From NCBI GenBank assembly GCA_963789955.1, contig CAWBMV010000037.1, forward strand, positions 224,001-288,000: a stretch of 64,000 nt of DNA, in the 5' to 3' direction. The notes beneath the pieces are model-generated. The model made no database searches and was not told the DNA's origin. It worked only from the letters and a program-made list of their open reading frames with translations. How positions within the stretch are numbered: position 1 is the first letter of the stretch; each line of letters opens with the position of its first letter. Below are positions 1 through 10,852 of this stretch, piece by piece. The stretch comes from an uncultured Candidatus Rokubacteria bacterium. Its GTDB lineage: Bacteria; Methylomirabilota; Methylomirabilia; Rokubacteriales; CSP1-6. A program made the position numbers and the translations under genes.

Positions 1-430
1 GGCGACGAACAACGTTTCGGGGCGCACGTAGCGGCCGTAGGCGAAGAAGCCGATGCTGGTGAGGAGCGCCACGCCGGCCACCACGCCGCCGCGAAGGCCG
101 AGCAGCCGCGCGCCGAGCCATGCGGTGGCTCCGACCGCCGCGACCGCCGCCAGCGCGGACACGGCACGCGCCGCGCCCTCGGTCGGCCCCACCAGCGCGC
201 AGACCGCCGCGATGAGGACGTAGAGGAGCGGCGGCTTGTCCACGTAGCGCACGCCGTTCAGGGTGAGCGCAAGCGGATCGCGGGAGACCGCCAGCTCCCG
301 CGCGATCTCGGCGTGCATCCCCTCGCCCGGATCGTCGAACGGCGCAGCACCGAGTCGCGCGAAGAGGAGCGGCGCCGCCACGATCATCGCGAGCGCGGCG
401 GCGAGTCCGGCCGACTTCAGGTCCGTGACA
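1..430 (-). CDS. ArnT/PMT-like (GT-C) glycosyltransferase, N-terminal part, runs off the window edge; start approximate
   Basis: Manual minus-strand translation ...LFARLGAAPFDDPGEGMHAEIAREL...LTLNGVRYVDKPPLLY... matches the ArnT-family N-terminal D-E..AREM..LNG..Y.DKPPL pattern. Confidence 0.8.
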
Positions 431-463
431 CCCGAAGCATGCCGACGCGCGGCGCGACGTCCA

Positions 464-877
464 TCACAATGCTTTGCCGATCGCCGCCAGCACGGCCTTC
501 TCGATGGTCTGATCCGTTGTCATCAACGGTTCGTCCTTGTCGATCCACAGAATCCGCTCGCGCTTGAACAGGGCGCGCTCCACCGAGACCGCGGTCTGAT
601 TCGTCCCGACCGCCTTGAATCGGATGGTCAGCCGGTGCCGCGTGCCCTGGGCGTAGACTCCGTAGTCTTCGCCGTCGACCGAGCGGGACTCTGTGTTGAT
701 CCAGCCGCCGGCCTGGTCCGACTTCTCGATGTCCCAGCCCATCTGCTTCAGCACCGAGGTGGTCACCGTCCACATCTTCTCGGGCGGAGCTCCGAACGTC
801 TGCGAGACCGGCTCGCCGGCGAGCGCCGGCATTGCCAGCCACGACAACAGCGCGATGACGCCGAGCATGCGTATCAT
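464..877 (-). CDS. Exported hypothetical protein (BamC/DUF3568-like alpha/beta pattern)
   Basis: Signal peptide MIRMLGVIALLSWLAMPALA followed by 'TFGAPPEKMW...VLKQMGWDIEKSDQAGGWINTE'; within ORF 464..940. Confidence 0.65.
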   Translation of the reverse strand: MIRMLGVIALLSWLAMPALAGEPVSQTFGAPPEKMWTVTTSVLKQMGWDIEKSDQAGGWINTESRSVDGEDYGVYAQGTRHRLTIRFKAVGTNQTAVSVERALFKRERILWIDKDEPLMTTDQTIEKAVLAAIGKAL

Positions 878-944
878 GAACGCCTCCTCATCGAAGCCGC
901 CGGCGCGCCCGCCGCCGAGCGAGCGCGCCACGGCCGACATGTTC

Positions 945-1612
<668 letters not shown>

Positions 1613-1613
<1 letters not shown>

Positions 1614-2797
1614 CAGGCGCCCCGGCGGATCGCCTCGGCGGGCGACAGGGACACGACGCGCATCGTCGCGTAGATCGCCGCCGCCGCGCCCAGCAGGATC
1701 GAGAACACGAGGGCGCCGATGATGAGGCGCGGCGAGAAATAGAAGAGCTGCTGGGCCTGCGCGAGGAAGCGGTCGATGAACCAGCCGAGCCCGCGCGCCA
1801 GACCGAGGCCGGCCAGCCCTCCGACCATCGTGACCGCGAGCGATTCGGCCAGCACCTCGCGTCCGAGCTGCAGGTCGGTGGCGCCGAGCGCGCGCTTGAC
1901 GCCGAAATCGCGGATGCGCTCGAACACGGCGGCGGCCATCGTGTTGGCCAGCGACAATCCGCCGATGACGAAGGCGAGCGCGCCGATGCCCACCAGAAGC
2001 GCGGAGAAGAACGCCGTGGAGGAGCGCAAGAGCCGGGAGAGCTCGCTCGGGAGCTGCACGTTGACGCCGGGCACGCGCTCCTTGATCCGGACCGCGACCG
2101 CGTCGGGATCGTCGCCGTCGCGCCAGCCCACCGCCGCGCCGGTGTTCAGATCGGACGCGGTGAGCGCCATGCCGCCCGAGGCCAGCACGGTTCGCAGGAG
2201 CCGGTCCTTGGCGACCCACTGGGCGCGGGCGTCGGCGATCGAGACCATGACGAAGCGGTCCGGCGCGGTGAGCATCCGGTCCAGCACGCCGACCACCTCG
2301 TAGTCCTCGTCCTCCAGGGTGACGTGCGAGCCGACCGAGAGCGAGCGCGAGGCGGCGAACGACGCGCCGACGACCGCCACCTTGTGATCGCCTTGCTGGA
2401 GAAACCGCCCGCTGCGGACGGGCAAGGTGCGGTAGTGGCGATTGGGCATCGGCACCGAGAGATCCATCCCGAGCACGAGCTCCTGCGTGACCGTCATGAA
2501 CTGTGAGGTCGACGGGTCCAGCGGGAGCATGATCTGCGCCTGGACGCCCTGCACGCCCGGCACTTCCGAGATCGCCCGGATCGTGGCCGCCGGGAGGATC
2601 CCGCCGGCGGTGAACCCCGTGCCCATGCCCATGCCCCGCCCGGCCACCGAGATCTGACCGAGCACGAAGCGGTCGCCGCCCTCGATGAAGCGGACGATGC
2701 GCTCGCTCATCGCGCCGAGCGCGACGAGCCCGGCGACGCCGATCGCGATGCCGATGACCGTGAAGAGATAGCCGTGAAGCACCCGCAGCGATCTCAT
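1613..2797 (-). CDS. ABC transporter permease (FtsX/MacB-like)
   Basis: N-terminal TM, periplasmic domain with 'GRFL', then 'NTMAAAVFERIRDFGVKRALGA' and C-terminal 'LSPAEAIR'. Confidence 0.9.
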
Positions 2798-2840
2798 CGC
2801 CGCACGACCGCCACGCTGAGGTCGGGCGATTCGGGCGCGC

Positions 2841-3902
2841 TCACGACTGCCGCCCGACCGGATTCACGACGGGCGCGAGGCTCGCTGGCTCCACGTCGAG
2901 TCGATCCTGGGAGCAGAACCACCGCACCAGCGGCGACACGAAGTCGGGCATTCGCCGCGGCGCGAAGGCCTGCAGCATCAAGAGCCCGAGCAGCACGGGC
3001 GCCGCGGCGGTCGCCTGCGCGGCCACCAGCGCGCGCCGCGGACGCGGATCGCGCCGCCACATCGCCACGCGGTTCAGCACGTGCTGGATCGCCGAGCTCC
3101 CGACGGACATCGCCCAGAGCGCGGGCGACCCCGTGTAGATCGACGCTTGCTCGAGCGTGGCCTGGTGGCGCACGCGCCGGCGCTCGCCGTAGAACGGCTT
3201 CACCAGCGCGGCGGCCAAGGTCCCGAGCTCGAGCGCCCAGCGGGCGAACACGCGACCGGACAGATACGTCCCGATCGCGACGCCGTCGCTGATCGGGCGG
3301 AAGCGGCTCCGCTCGCGCACGCGGGCGAGCGCGGCGACGGGAACCTCGTGCACGCCCCAGCCGCGCGCGACCCCGGCCACCAGCACCTCGGTCTCGAACA
3401 CGAAGCCGCCCCGGCGTACCCGGATGTCGTCGAAGAGCTCGATCGGATAGACGCGGAACCCGGACTGCGTGTCGTACAGCTTGAGCCCGCAGGCCCAGTT
3501 CATGAAGAAGCCCGCGACCCGGATCGCGTTGAGCCGGTCCGGCGGCAACGCGCCCGCATCGTCCAGCCGCCCGCCGATCACGATCGTCCGGCGCCGCCCG
3601 CGCGCCGCGTCGAGCACGAGCCCGAGATCGGACGGCCGGTGCTGCCCGTCGCCGTCGAGCGTCACCACCGCGGCCGCGCCGCGTTCGCGCGCCGCGGCGA
3701 TGCCCGTGCGCAGCGCCGCGCCCTTGCCGCGGCGCTGCGCGTGCCGGATCACCTCGGCCCCGGCGCGCCGGGCCACCTCGCCGCTGCCGTCGCGAGACCC
3801 GTCGTCGACCACCAGCACCGGACCATACTCGCGGGCGGCTTCCACGACGTGACCGACCGTCTCCGCCTCGTTGAAGACCGGAACGACGATCAGGACCGTC
3901 AT
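2841..3902 (-). CDS. Glycosyltransferase family 2 (DPM1-like) with C-terminal extension
   Basis: VPVFNEAET, VVDDGSRDGS, GKGAAL, TLDGDGQH and DTQSGFRVY motifs. Confidence 0.9.
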   Translation of the reverse strand: MTVLIVVPVFNEAETVGHVVEAAREYGPVLVVDDGSRDGSGEVARRAGAEVIRHAQRRGKGAALRTGIAAARERGAAAVVTLDGDGQHRPSDLGLVLDAARGRRRTIVIGGRLDDAGALPPDRLNAIRVAGFFMNWACGLKLYDTQSGFRVYPIELFDDIRVRRGGFVFETEVLVAGVARGWGVHEVPVAALARVRERSRFRPISDGVAIGTYLSGRVFARWALELGTLAAALVKPFYGERRRVRHQATLEQASIYTGSPALWAMSVGSSAIQHVLNRVAMWRRDPRPRRALVAAQATAAAPVLLGLLMLQAFAPRRMPDFVSPLVRWFCSQDRLDVEPASLAPVVNPVGRQS

Positions 3903-4864
3903 GCGGCGCGAGCCCGCGGGCCCGCGACGACGATCGCGATCTGATTGCCGCCGCGAGCCACCGCGTGGACCAGCGCGAGGCGATCACCGACCTCGGTCGC
4001 CGCGGTCGCGACCGAGCGAGCCGCCACGCCGCCGTGACGTCCGGCCGGCAGGCTCAGCGAGCGCTGCGGCGGCCGGTGCGGAGCCAGCGCGCGATGGAGC
4101 AGCGCGCGCTCCCATTCCTCGCGCGGACCGTCGCCGTTCGCCGAGGTGTAGACGATGCCGATCTCGGCCGGCTCGGCGCCGGCGCCGGCGAGCGCGGCGG
4201 CGATCGCCGGCGAGCGCGTGGCGCGGCCGATACCATGCGGCCGCACCGCGAGCGCGCGCCACGCCTCGCCGATGATCTCGCCGAGAATCCGCGCCCCGCG
4301 AGCGCGCGCGCCCTCGAGCGACTCGAGCACGACGAAGCCGGCGCCCTCGCCCCGTACGTCGCTGCCGGCGCCCGCTTCGCGGAACGTGTCCACCACGAAC
4401 CGCGGGGGCTCGTCGGCGCCGCCCGCCAGGCACGCGTCGATGCGACCCGCGCGTACCGCGGCGGCGCCCCGAGCGATCGCGAGCTCGCCGGCCACCGTCG
4501 GGATGTTGAGCGTCAGCGAGAGATCCTTGGCCGAGACCGCGATCGCCGTCGTGGCCGCCATCGTGTTCATGACCGTGTGCGGGAACAGGAGCGCCGAGAG
4601 GCCGGGGATCCCGCGCTGGAGGTAGTCGTCGACGAATTTGATCGTCGACACCATATCGCCGAACTCGGTGCCGACCAGCAGCGCGAGGGAGGTGCCGCCG
4701 GCGAGCCCCGCATCGGCGAGCGCCAGGCGGCCCGCCGCCACCGTCATCTGGCAGACGCGCGAGAGGCGTCGCGCCTCCGTCGCGTCGAGCAGCTGGCTCA
4801 GGACGCCGGTCGCGTGGCCGTCGACGACACCCGAGCCGGTGATGACAACGCGCCGTCCGCTCAC
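3899..4864 (-). CDS. Non-catalytic ketosynthase-like protein (chain-length-factor-like)
   Basis: KS N-terminal features (RRLSRVCQM, GTEFG, LFPHTVMN) but no catalytic Cys (TLNIPTVAGE); GTG start overlaps the upstream KS stop. Confidence 0.8.
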   Translation of the reverse strand: MSGRRVVITGSGVVDGHATGVLSQLLDATEARRLSRVCQMTVAAGRLALADAGLAGGTSLALLVGTEFGDMVSTIKFVDDYLQRGIPGLSALLFPHTVMNTMAATTAIAVSAKDLSLTLNIPTVAGELAIARGAAAVRAGRIDACLAGGADEPPRFVVDTFREAGAGSDVRGEGAGFVVLESLEGARARGARILGEIIGEAWRALAVRPHGIGRATRSPAIAAALAGAGAEPAEIGIVYTSANGDGPREEWERALLHRALAPHRPPQRSLSLPAGRHGGVAARSVATAATEVGDRLALVHAVARGGNQIAIVVAGPRARAA

Positions 4865-6039
4865 GCGCCGCGCCTGAACACGAGCGTGACGTTCTGGCCG
4901 CCGAAGCCGAACGAGTTCGAGATGGCATGCTCGACGGCGGCGTCGCGCGCGACCTGCGGCACGCAATCGAACGGGATCTCCGCGTCGGTGTTCTCGAGCC
5001 CCGCCGTCGGCGGGATGACGTCGTGGCCGAGCGCCAGAACCGTGGCGATCGCCTCGAGCGTTCCGGCCGCCGCCATCGTGTGGCCGATCATCGACTTCGT
5101 CGAGCTGACGAGGAGCCCGCCCTCGCCGAAGACCTCGCGCAGCGCGCGCGCCTCGATCCGGTCGTTCTGCGGAGTCGCGGTGCCGTGCGCGTTCGCGTAG
5201 CCGACGGACGCGGGCGCGATGCCCGCCTGCGCGAGCGCGGCGCGCATCGCGCGCACCATGCCTTCGCCGTCCGGATGCGGCGACGTGACGTGAAAGGCGT
5301 CGGTGCTCATGCCGTAGCCGGTCAGCTCCGCGTAGATTCGCGCGTCGCGAGCGCGCGCGCGCGCCGGGTCCTCCAGCACGACGAAGGCCGCGCCTTCACC
5401 GATCGACATGCCGCGGCGGTCGCGATCGAAGGGACGGCACGGCGAGGGATCGAGGAGCTTCAGCGTATTGAAGCCCATGAAGCAGATACGCGTCAGCGCG
5501 TCGACCCCGCCCGCCAGCGCGACCGAAACGACGCCGTCGCCCACCAGGTCGGCCGCCATCGCCAGCGACGCGGCGCCCGAGCTGCAGGCCGTCACGACGG
5601 TCTCGCGAGGTCCGCCGAGCCCGAGCACGCTGCCGACCACGTCCGCGTGGGCGGACGGAAAGCACGAGGCCAGCGCGCGCGGCATCGGCACCGCGACACC
5701 GCGAGACCGCTGCCAGTACCACGCCTCGGCCTCGAGCATGCCGCCGCCGACCGCGCCGATGATCAGCGCGGTGTCCGCGCGCTCGGCGCGGCCGATGCCC
5801 GCGTCGTCGAGCGCCTCGCGCGCGGCCGCGAGCGCGAATCGATCGGCCCGGGAGCGCCGGGTCGAGCCCCCGAGCGTGTCCGGCACCTCGGCGGCGATCT
5901 GGCAGCGAAAGCCGTCGGTGTCGATCAAGGTGATCGGGCGGATCGCGCAGGCGCCGCTGCTGATGCCTTCCCAGTACGCCTTGACGCCGGCGCCGAACGG
6001 GCTGACGACGCCGAGCCCCGTGACGGCGACAGGCTTCAC
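4861..6039 (-). CDS. Beta-ketoacyl-ACP synthase (FabF-like KS)
   Basis: Intact triad TACSSG / HGTAT / GHTMAAAG; C-terminal SNSFGFGGQN. Confidence 0.93.
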   Translation of the reverse strand: MKPVAVTGLGVVSPFGAGVKAYWEGISSGACAIRPITLIDTDGFRCQIAAEVPDTLGGSTRRSRADRFALAAAREALDDAGIGRAERADTALIIGAVGGGMLEAEAWYWQRSRGVAVPMPRALASCFPSAHADVVGSVLGLGGPRETVVTACSSGAASLAMAADLVGDGVVSVALAGGVDALTRICFMGFNTLKLLDPSPCRPFDRDRRGMSIGEGAAFVVLEDPARARARDARIYAELTGYGMSTDAFHVTSPHPDGEGMVRAMRAALAQAGIAPASVGYANAHGTATPQNDRIEARALREVFGEGGLLVSSTKSMIGHTMAAAGTLEAIATVLALGHDVIPPTAGLENTDAEIPFDCVPQVARDAAVEHAISNSFGFGGQNVTLVFRRGA

Positions 6040-6311
6040 GCGCCGGCGGTCCTCGACGCGATGAACCGGGACAGGGTCTCGAACGAGGTGAAGTGAGGGG
6101 CGAGGTCCGCCGACTCGTCCATCGCGATGCCGAATCGCTCCTCGATCGCGATCGACAGCTCGATGAAGTCGAGCGAGTCCAGACCGATCGAGCTCTCGAT
6201 GCCTTTGGGCAGGGTCGTCTCGAGGGTCAAGTCGACGGCGCGGCGCGGATCGAACTTGAGCCGCGTCACGAGGATCGTCTTGAGCTCGTCGAACACTTCT
6301 TTGGGTTCCAT
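6036..6311 (-). CDS. Acyl carrier protein
   Basis: MEPKEVFDELK...IGLDSLDFIELSIAIEERFGI with phosphopantetheine Ser; RBS GGAGG upstream. Confidence 0.9.
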   Translation of the reverse strand: MEPKEVFDELKTILVTRLKFDPRRAVDLTLETTLPKGIESSIGLDSLDFIELSIAIEERFGIAMDESADLAPHFTSFETLSRFIASRTAGA

Positions 6312-6318
6312 AGCCCTC

Positions 6319-7212
6319 CTAGTGCCAGTAGAGTCCGACGCGGCGGCCGCGCCATTCGCCCGTGACGCCGATCGATCCGCTCGCCGCGTCCTCGCGCCCG
6401 AGCGCCAGCGCGATGAGCGGCGCGCAGGCCAGTGTCTCGCCGGCGCGGGCACGCGCGCGCGTCTCGAGCGGCGAGGCCGCCCGCGGCGCATCGTATCGCG
6501 TGCGCAAGGTGCCGGGCACCAGCAAGGCGCACGCGGCCGCCTCGACCAGCGGGCGCCCGACGAGCCAGCGGGCGCGCGCGTAGAGCTCGGCGCAGTCCTC
6601 GAAGGTCTCGACCGCGAGCACGAGCGCGCGCTCGCAGCGACCGGCTTGCAGCAGCAGGGTCGCCTGCCAGAGCGCGTCGATCGTGGCCGCTGCGCCGCCA
6701 ATGAGGATGCCATAGGGGCCGGTCAGTCCGAACTCGATCGCCACCTCGCCGGACATGACGCTCGGCGCCGTGTACGGAAAGTGCAGCGTTCCGGCCACGG
6801 CTCCGCGCCGCTTGTCGCCCGCACGGTTGTCGGACTCGGCCGCGCGAGCGGTGTCCGCCGCGACCCACGCGTGATTCGAGGCGCCGTAGGCGCCGCCGGT
6901 CACGTAGATCAGCGCGGTCGAGCTTCCCTTCACCGCGTCGCGCGACACGTGATTCTCTCGCAGGAGCGCGTCGACTGCCGCGACGCCGAGCAGGCACTCC
7001 CGCGTGGCCCGCCGGAACCGCTCGCCCTCGAGCGCCGGCCGGCCGAGCGGAATGATCGCGCGGCCGGCCGCCGCGCCCGCCGCGTCGGGCGGGAGCGCCC
7101 CGATGCCCTCACCCCATCCGGTCAGCACCGCTACGGCTTCGACGGCTGTCCCGGTCACGCGCTTCTCGCGACGCGCCGTTTCTGCCGACCGCGGCCCCGC
7201 CGAGACGCTCAT
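6319..7212 (-). CDS. Second non-catalytic ketosynthase-like protein (CLF-like)
   Basis: RFRRATRE, FPYTAPSVMSGEVAIEFGLTGPY, no Cys at the active-site position (LIGGAAAT); start MSVSAGP overlaps the KS stop. Confidence 0.75.
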   Translation of the reverse strand: MSVSAGPRSAETARREKRVTGTAVEAVAVLTGWGEGIGALPPDAAGAAAGRAIIPLGRPALEGERFRRATRECLLGVAAVDALLRENHVSRDAVKGSSTALIYVTGGAYGASNHAWVAADTARAAESDNRAGDKRRGAVAGTLHFPYTAPSVMSGEVAIEFGLTGPYGILIGGAAATIDALWQATLLLQAGRCERALVLAVETFEDCAELYARARWLVGRPLVEAAACALLVPGTLRTRYDAPRAASPLETRARARAGETLACAPLIALALGREDAASGSIGVTGEWRGRRVGLYWH

Positions 7213-8402
7213 CGATCGACCGCCTCGAGCACGAGCGCCGCGTTGCAGCCGCCGAATCCCAGCGACGTGCTGAGGCTGATTCGCGGCCGGGCGGCGCGGG
7301 GTGACCCGATCACGTGGTCGAGCTCGCAGGCCGGATCGGGCTCCTCCAGCCCCAGGGTCTGCGGCACCACTCCCTCGCGCCCGGCCATGAGGCACATGAC
7401 GGCTTCGAGGGCCGCCGCGGCGCCCATCGTGTGGCCGATCGAGGCCTTGATCGAGTTCACCGGAGTCTCGGGCGCCCGGCGGCCGAGCACGCGTCGCAAG
7501 ACGTCGGCCTCGATGCGGTCGTTGACCAGGGTGCCGGTGCCGTGGGCGCTCACGAACTCGACGTCGGCCGGCGTCAAGCCGGCCTCGTCGAGCGCCGAGC
7601 GGATCGCCAGCTCGAGGCCGCGGCCGTTCGCGTCGGGCGCGGCCACGTGCGAGCCGTCGCTGGCGCTGGCGTGCCCGAGGAGCCGTCCGAGCCGCGGCCC
7701 GGTCGTCGCGCCTTCGCGGGTCATCAGCACGAGCCCGGCCGCCTCCCCCAGGAGCAGCCCGCTGCGCCGCTTGTCAAAGGGCCGCACGCGCTCCCGCGTG
7801 AGCGAGCGCAGGGCGTCGAAGCCGCGCATCACGAATCGGCACAGGGCATCGTAGCCCCCGGCGACCACTACGTCGACCACGTCGGCGCGCAGGAGATCGG
7901 CGCCGGTGCCGAGCGCGGTCGCGCCGGCCGCGCACGCCGCCGCGACCGTCATCACCGGTCCTCGCGCGCCGAGCCGCCGGGCGAGCGCGTGCGCCGGGCT
8001 GTCGTAGAGCGCGTCCACCGCGTGCCGCGCGCGGCCGCCGGGTGCCATGGCGCGCTCGAGCTGCTCGACGCCGCCGAGCGCCGTGCCGAGCACGACCGCG
8101 ATCCGTTCCGGCTCGGCGGAAATGGCCGAGCGCGCCAGGAGATCCTCGGCCGCCGCGAGCAAGAGCTGCGTGGCGCGACACCGCACGCGGCGCGCGCCGG
8201 GCAGCGGGCGAAGCTTCTTGATCTCGCCGCCGCGCCCGACGCGCAGATCGTCGACCGGGAAGCGCTCGATCATCGAGATCGCGTCGCCGCCCGTCACCAG
8301 CCCCGACCAGAAGGCGTCCACGTCGCCGCCGAACGGGGTCACGGCTCCGGCGGCGACCAGGCTGACGGGCTCAGCGCGCAGGCGCGTCACTCCAGGCATC
8401 AC
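7209..8402 (-). CDS. Beta-ketoacyl-ACP synthase (KS)
   Basis: AAACAAG, HGTGT, GHTMGAAA and STSLGFGGCN motifs. Confidence 0.92.
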   Translation of the reverse strand: MMPGVTRLRAEPVSLVAAGAVTPFGGDVDAFWSGLVTGGDAISMIERFPVDDLRVGRGGEIKKLRPLPGARRVRCRATQLLLAAAEDLLARSAISAEPERIAVVLGTALGGVEQLERAMAPGGRARHAVDALYDSPAHALARRLGARGPVMTVAAACAAGATALGTGADLLRADVVDVVVAGGYDALCRFVMRGFDALRSLTRERVRPFDKRRSGLLLGEAAGLVLMTREGATTGPRLGRLLGHASASDGSHVAAPDANGRGLELAIRSALDEAGLTPADVEFVSAHGTGTLVNDRIEADVLRRVLGRRAPETPVNSIKASIGHTMGAAAALEAVMCLMAGREGVVPQTLGLEEPDPACELDHVIGSPRAARPRISLSTSLGFGGCNAALVLEAVDR

Positions 8403-8417
8403 GGCTCATGAGCCGGC

Positions 8418-9215
8418 TCATAGTAGCAGTGAGTAGTACATCCGGAACGCCCGGATCGGACCGGGCTCGGTGTCGTAGAGGTTCGTCGCCCAGAACCGCC
8501 GAGCGCTCGCTTCCCAGGTCATGATACCCGGACCGTCCGGGTTGTTCGGATCCCACACGATGAACTCGACGCCGCCGTCGAACGGGCGCGATTCGTAGAC
8601 GATGACGGTGTGGTTCAGCTCCGGCTTCGGCCAATTGGTCACGAGGAGCTGAACCAAACGCCCCGCGCGCAGCTCGTCGAGGATCTGGTGCGCGACGCCC
8701 TCCTGATGCGAGCCGTCGACGGGCAGCATCACGCGCCAGTTCGTCCAGTGGACCCAGGTCCAGAATGCGCCGCCGAGCCCCTCCTTGACGGCGCTCTCCT
8801 CGTCGCGGGAGAACTCCCGGAGATTCGCGTAGCCGGGGACCACGATCCGGTCGTCGAGGGGCAACGCGGCGTCCCGGGCCGGCACCGCCACGATTTGCTT
8901 GACCCGCTCGACGTAGCCGGCGTGATCGAGCTTGGGCAAGCTCGGATCGAACCGGGCGAACTGCGTGAACTGGCGCACGCCGCGCGCCAGCACGAAGCAG
9001 TAGTGAGCGTAGATGCCGGGCTCGTTGGGGTGCCGCGCACCGATGAGGTTCGGGAACGCGAACGTGTCGTTCTCGAACGAGAATGCCGGAGTCCGGACCG
9101 TCTCCTCGAGGCCGAGCGACGATCCGCCGTTCGAATGCGGCGCGCTCGCGCACGCTGCCGTCACGACCACCAGGCTCACAAGGGCTACGAGGCGCGAGAT
9201 ACCAATGAAATTCAA
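8418..9215 (-). CDS. Lipoprotein with putative papain-like Cys-His-Asp triad
   Basis: Lipobox TAAC; HYCFV, NHTVIVY and FIVWDPNNP; stop lies ~15 bp upstream of the KS start. Confidence 0.7.
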   Translation of the reverse strand: MNFIGISRLVALVSLVVVTAACASAPHSNGGSSLGLEETVRTPAFSFENDTFAFPNLIGARHPNEPGIYAHYCFVLARGVRQFTQFARFDPSLPKLDHAGYVERVKQIVAVPARDAALPLDDRIVVPGYANLREFSRDEESAVKEGLGGAFWTWVHWTNWRVMLPVDGSHQEGVAHQILDELRAGRLVQLLVTNWPKPELNHTVIVYESRPFDGGVEFIVWDPNNPDGPGIMTWEASARRFWATNLYDTEPGPIRAFRMYYSLLL

Positions 9216-9284
9216 TGTCTTACCCTAAATGGCAGCGTCGCCATTCGTCAAGAGCGCGTGTTATCCTTCGACCCGGTCGCCCGC

Positions 9285-10272
9285 ATGAGCCGAACGATCG
9301 CGGCCCTCTACCGGTTCCTCTACGCCGCCGTCCTCTCGCACCTTCCCGAGCCGGCCGCCGTTGCGCTGGGGCAGAGTCTTCTGCGCGCTTTCCCCCTCGA
9401 CCGGCTGGGTGTGTTCCGGGCTTGACGATCCGAGGCTCGCGATCACCCTCGGCGGGATACGGCTGGCCAATCCGGTCATCCTGGCGGCGATGTACTACGA
9501 TCCGGCGATTCTCGGCCGGGCCATGGGGCTGGGCTTCGGGGCGGTCACCGCCAAGTCGATCACGATCCAGGCGCGGCCGGGCCACCCGCAGCCCAACCTC
9601 GTCCGGACGAGCACCGACGCCGGGCCGGGTCTGGTGAACTGCAACGGATTTCAGAATCCCGGCCTCGAGCGATTTCGCGCCTCGCTGGCGCCGCTCGCCC
9701 ACCGGGTGCCGCTGATCGTGAGCGTCGCCGGCGAGACGATCGGCGACTACGTGAAGCTCGTCCAGGAGCTCGGTCCCCTCGGCGAGCTCGTCGAGTTCAA
9801 CATCTCCTCGCCCAACACACGTCTCGTGTACGAGTGGAGCCGCAAGCCGGACGAGCTCGCGACCCTGCTGCGCGAAGTGCGGCGTGCGACGGAGAAGCCG
9901 CTCATCGTCAAGCTCTCCCCGGATTTCGCCGAGACGAACGAGCGCGAGATCATCCCGGCGGCGCTGGACGCGGGGGTGCGGATCGTCAACTACGGCAACA
10001 CCCGCAAGGTGGTGAACAGCCGGCTCTCGCAGGGCGAAGGCGGGCTCTCCGGCCCCGACATCTTCCCGACGACCCTGGAAAATCTCCGGCGAACGCGCCG
10101 CGTCTTCGGCAAGGACTTCGACATCATCGCGACGGGCGGCGTCGATTCACCCGACAAGGCGGCGCAGCTGCTCGACGAGGGCGCGACGGCAGTCGGCTAT
10201 TTCACCGGATTCGTCACGCGCGGGCCGATTCTCGCGCGACTGATCCTCGAGCGACTCGTCGCGAGCCGCTGA
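9285..10272 (+). CDS. pyrD: Dihydroorotate dehydrogenase (class 2-like), frameshift near 9420
   Basis: MSRTIAALYRFLY... joined to LANPVILAA, KSIT, NISSPNT, VKLSPD, GGLSG and IATGGV. Confidence 0.85.
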
Positions 10273-10307
10273 GCACGGTGCTCCGCGGCACTAAAAATGC
10301 TCACAGC

Positions 10308-10334
10308 TTATCCACTTGTCCACCACTATCCACA
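10308..10334 (+). promoter_or_regulatory. Three closely spaced DnaA-box-like 9-mers
   Basis: TTATCCACT (10308), TTGTCCACC (10316) and CTATCCACA (10326) compared with consensus TTATCCACA, all in the same orientation. Confidence 0.5.
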
Positions 10335-10497
10335 GACGACAAAATCGCACGGTCTGACGCGGGCTCACGAGCGCGCCGCCGGAAATATGACGGTCCATTC
10401 GTCCACGGAGAGCACAGCCACGTAGAATCCCGGATTCCACGCGGGTCCGACCCGCGCCGCAGCGTCGCTCACGCCTTTTTCGCGGACAAACGAGACC

Positions 10498-10527
10498 TTG
10501 ACACTGAATTCACGCCGCTCGTAAGGT
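10498..10527 (+). promoter_or_regulatory. Sigma70-like promoter for the 81-aa ORF
   Basis: TTGACA-N18-TAAGGT. Confidence 0.5.
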
Positions 10528-10606
10528 TGGCGGGCGATGTCACCTGTTCAGTTCAACGCTGCACTGCGGTCGCTTCGACCGGCGTTCTCTGGAGGTAAGG
10601 CACACG

Positions 10607-10852
10607 ATGGACGGCAGTAGCAGGAAGCCACTCGCAAAGGTGGAGGGCCGCCGACGTCTGCGGCTCAGCGGCGTGACCGTCGCCTATCGCGGCACGCCGA
10701 ATCTCGATGACTGGGTGGCGTACATCGTGAACGGAACCCGGTCCAAGAAGCTGATCCTGGCCGACCACTCGTCGGAGCGCAAAGTGAAGTCGCTCCTGTC
10801 GCGCCTGCAGACCCTGCCGAAGAAGGAAATCGAGAAGCTCGCCAAGAGCTAG
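10607..10852 (+). CDS. Small basic hypothetical protein (81 aa)
   Basis: Strong RBS GGAGG, host-like codon usage, K/R-rich sequence. Confidence 0.75.
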   Translation: MDGSSRKPLAKVEGRRRLRLSGVTVAYRGTPNLDDWVAYIVNGTRSKKLILADHSSERKVKSLLSRLQTLPKKEIEKLAKS

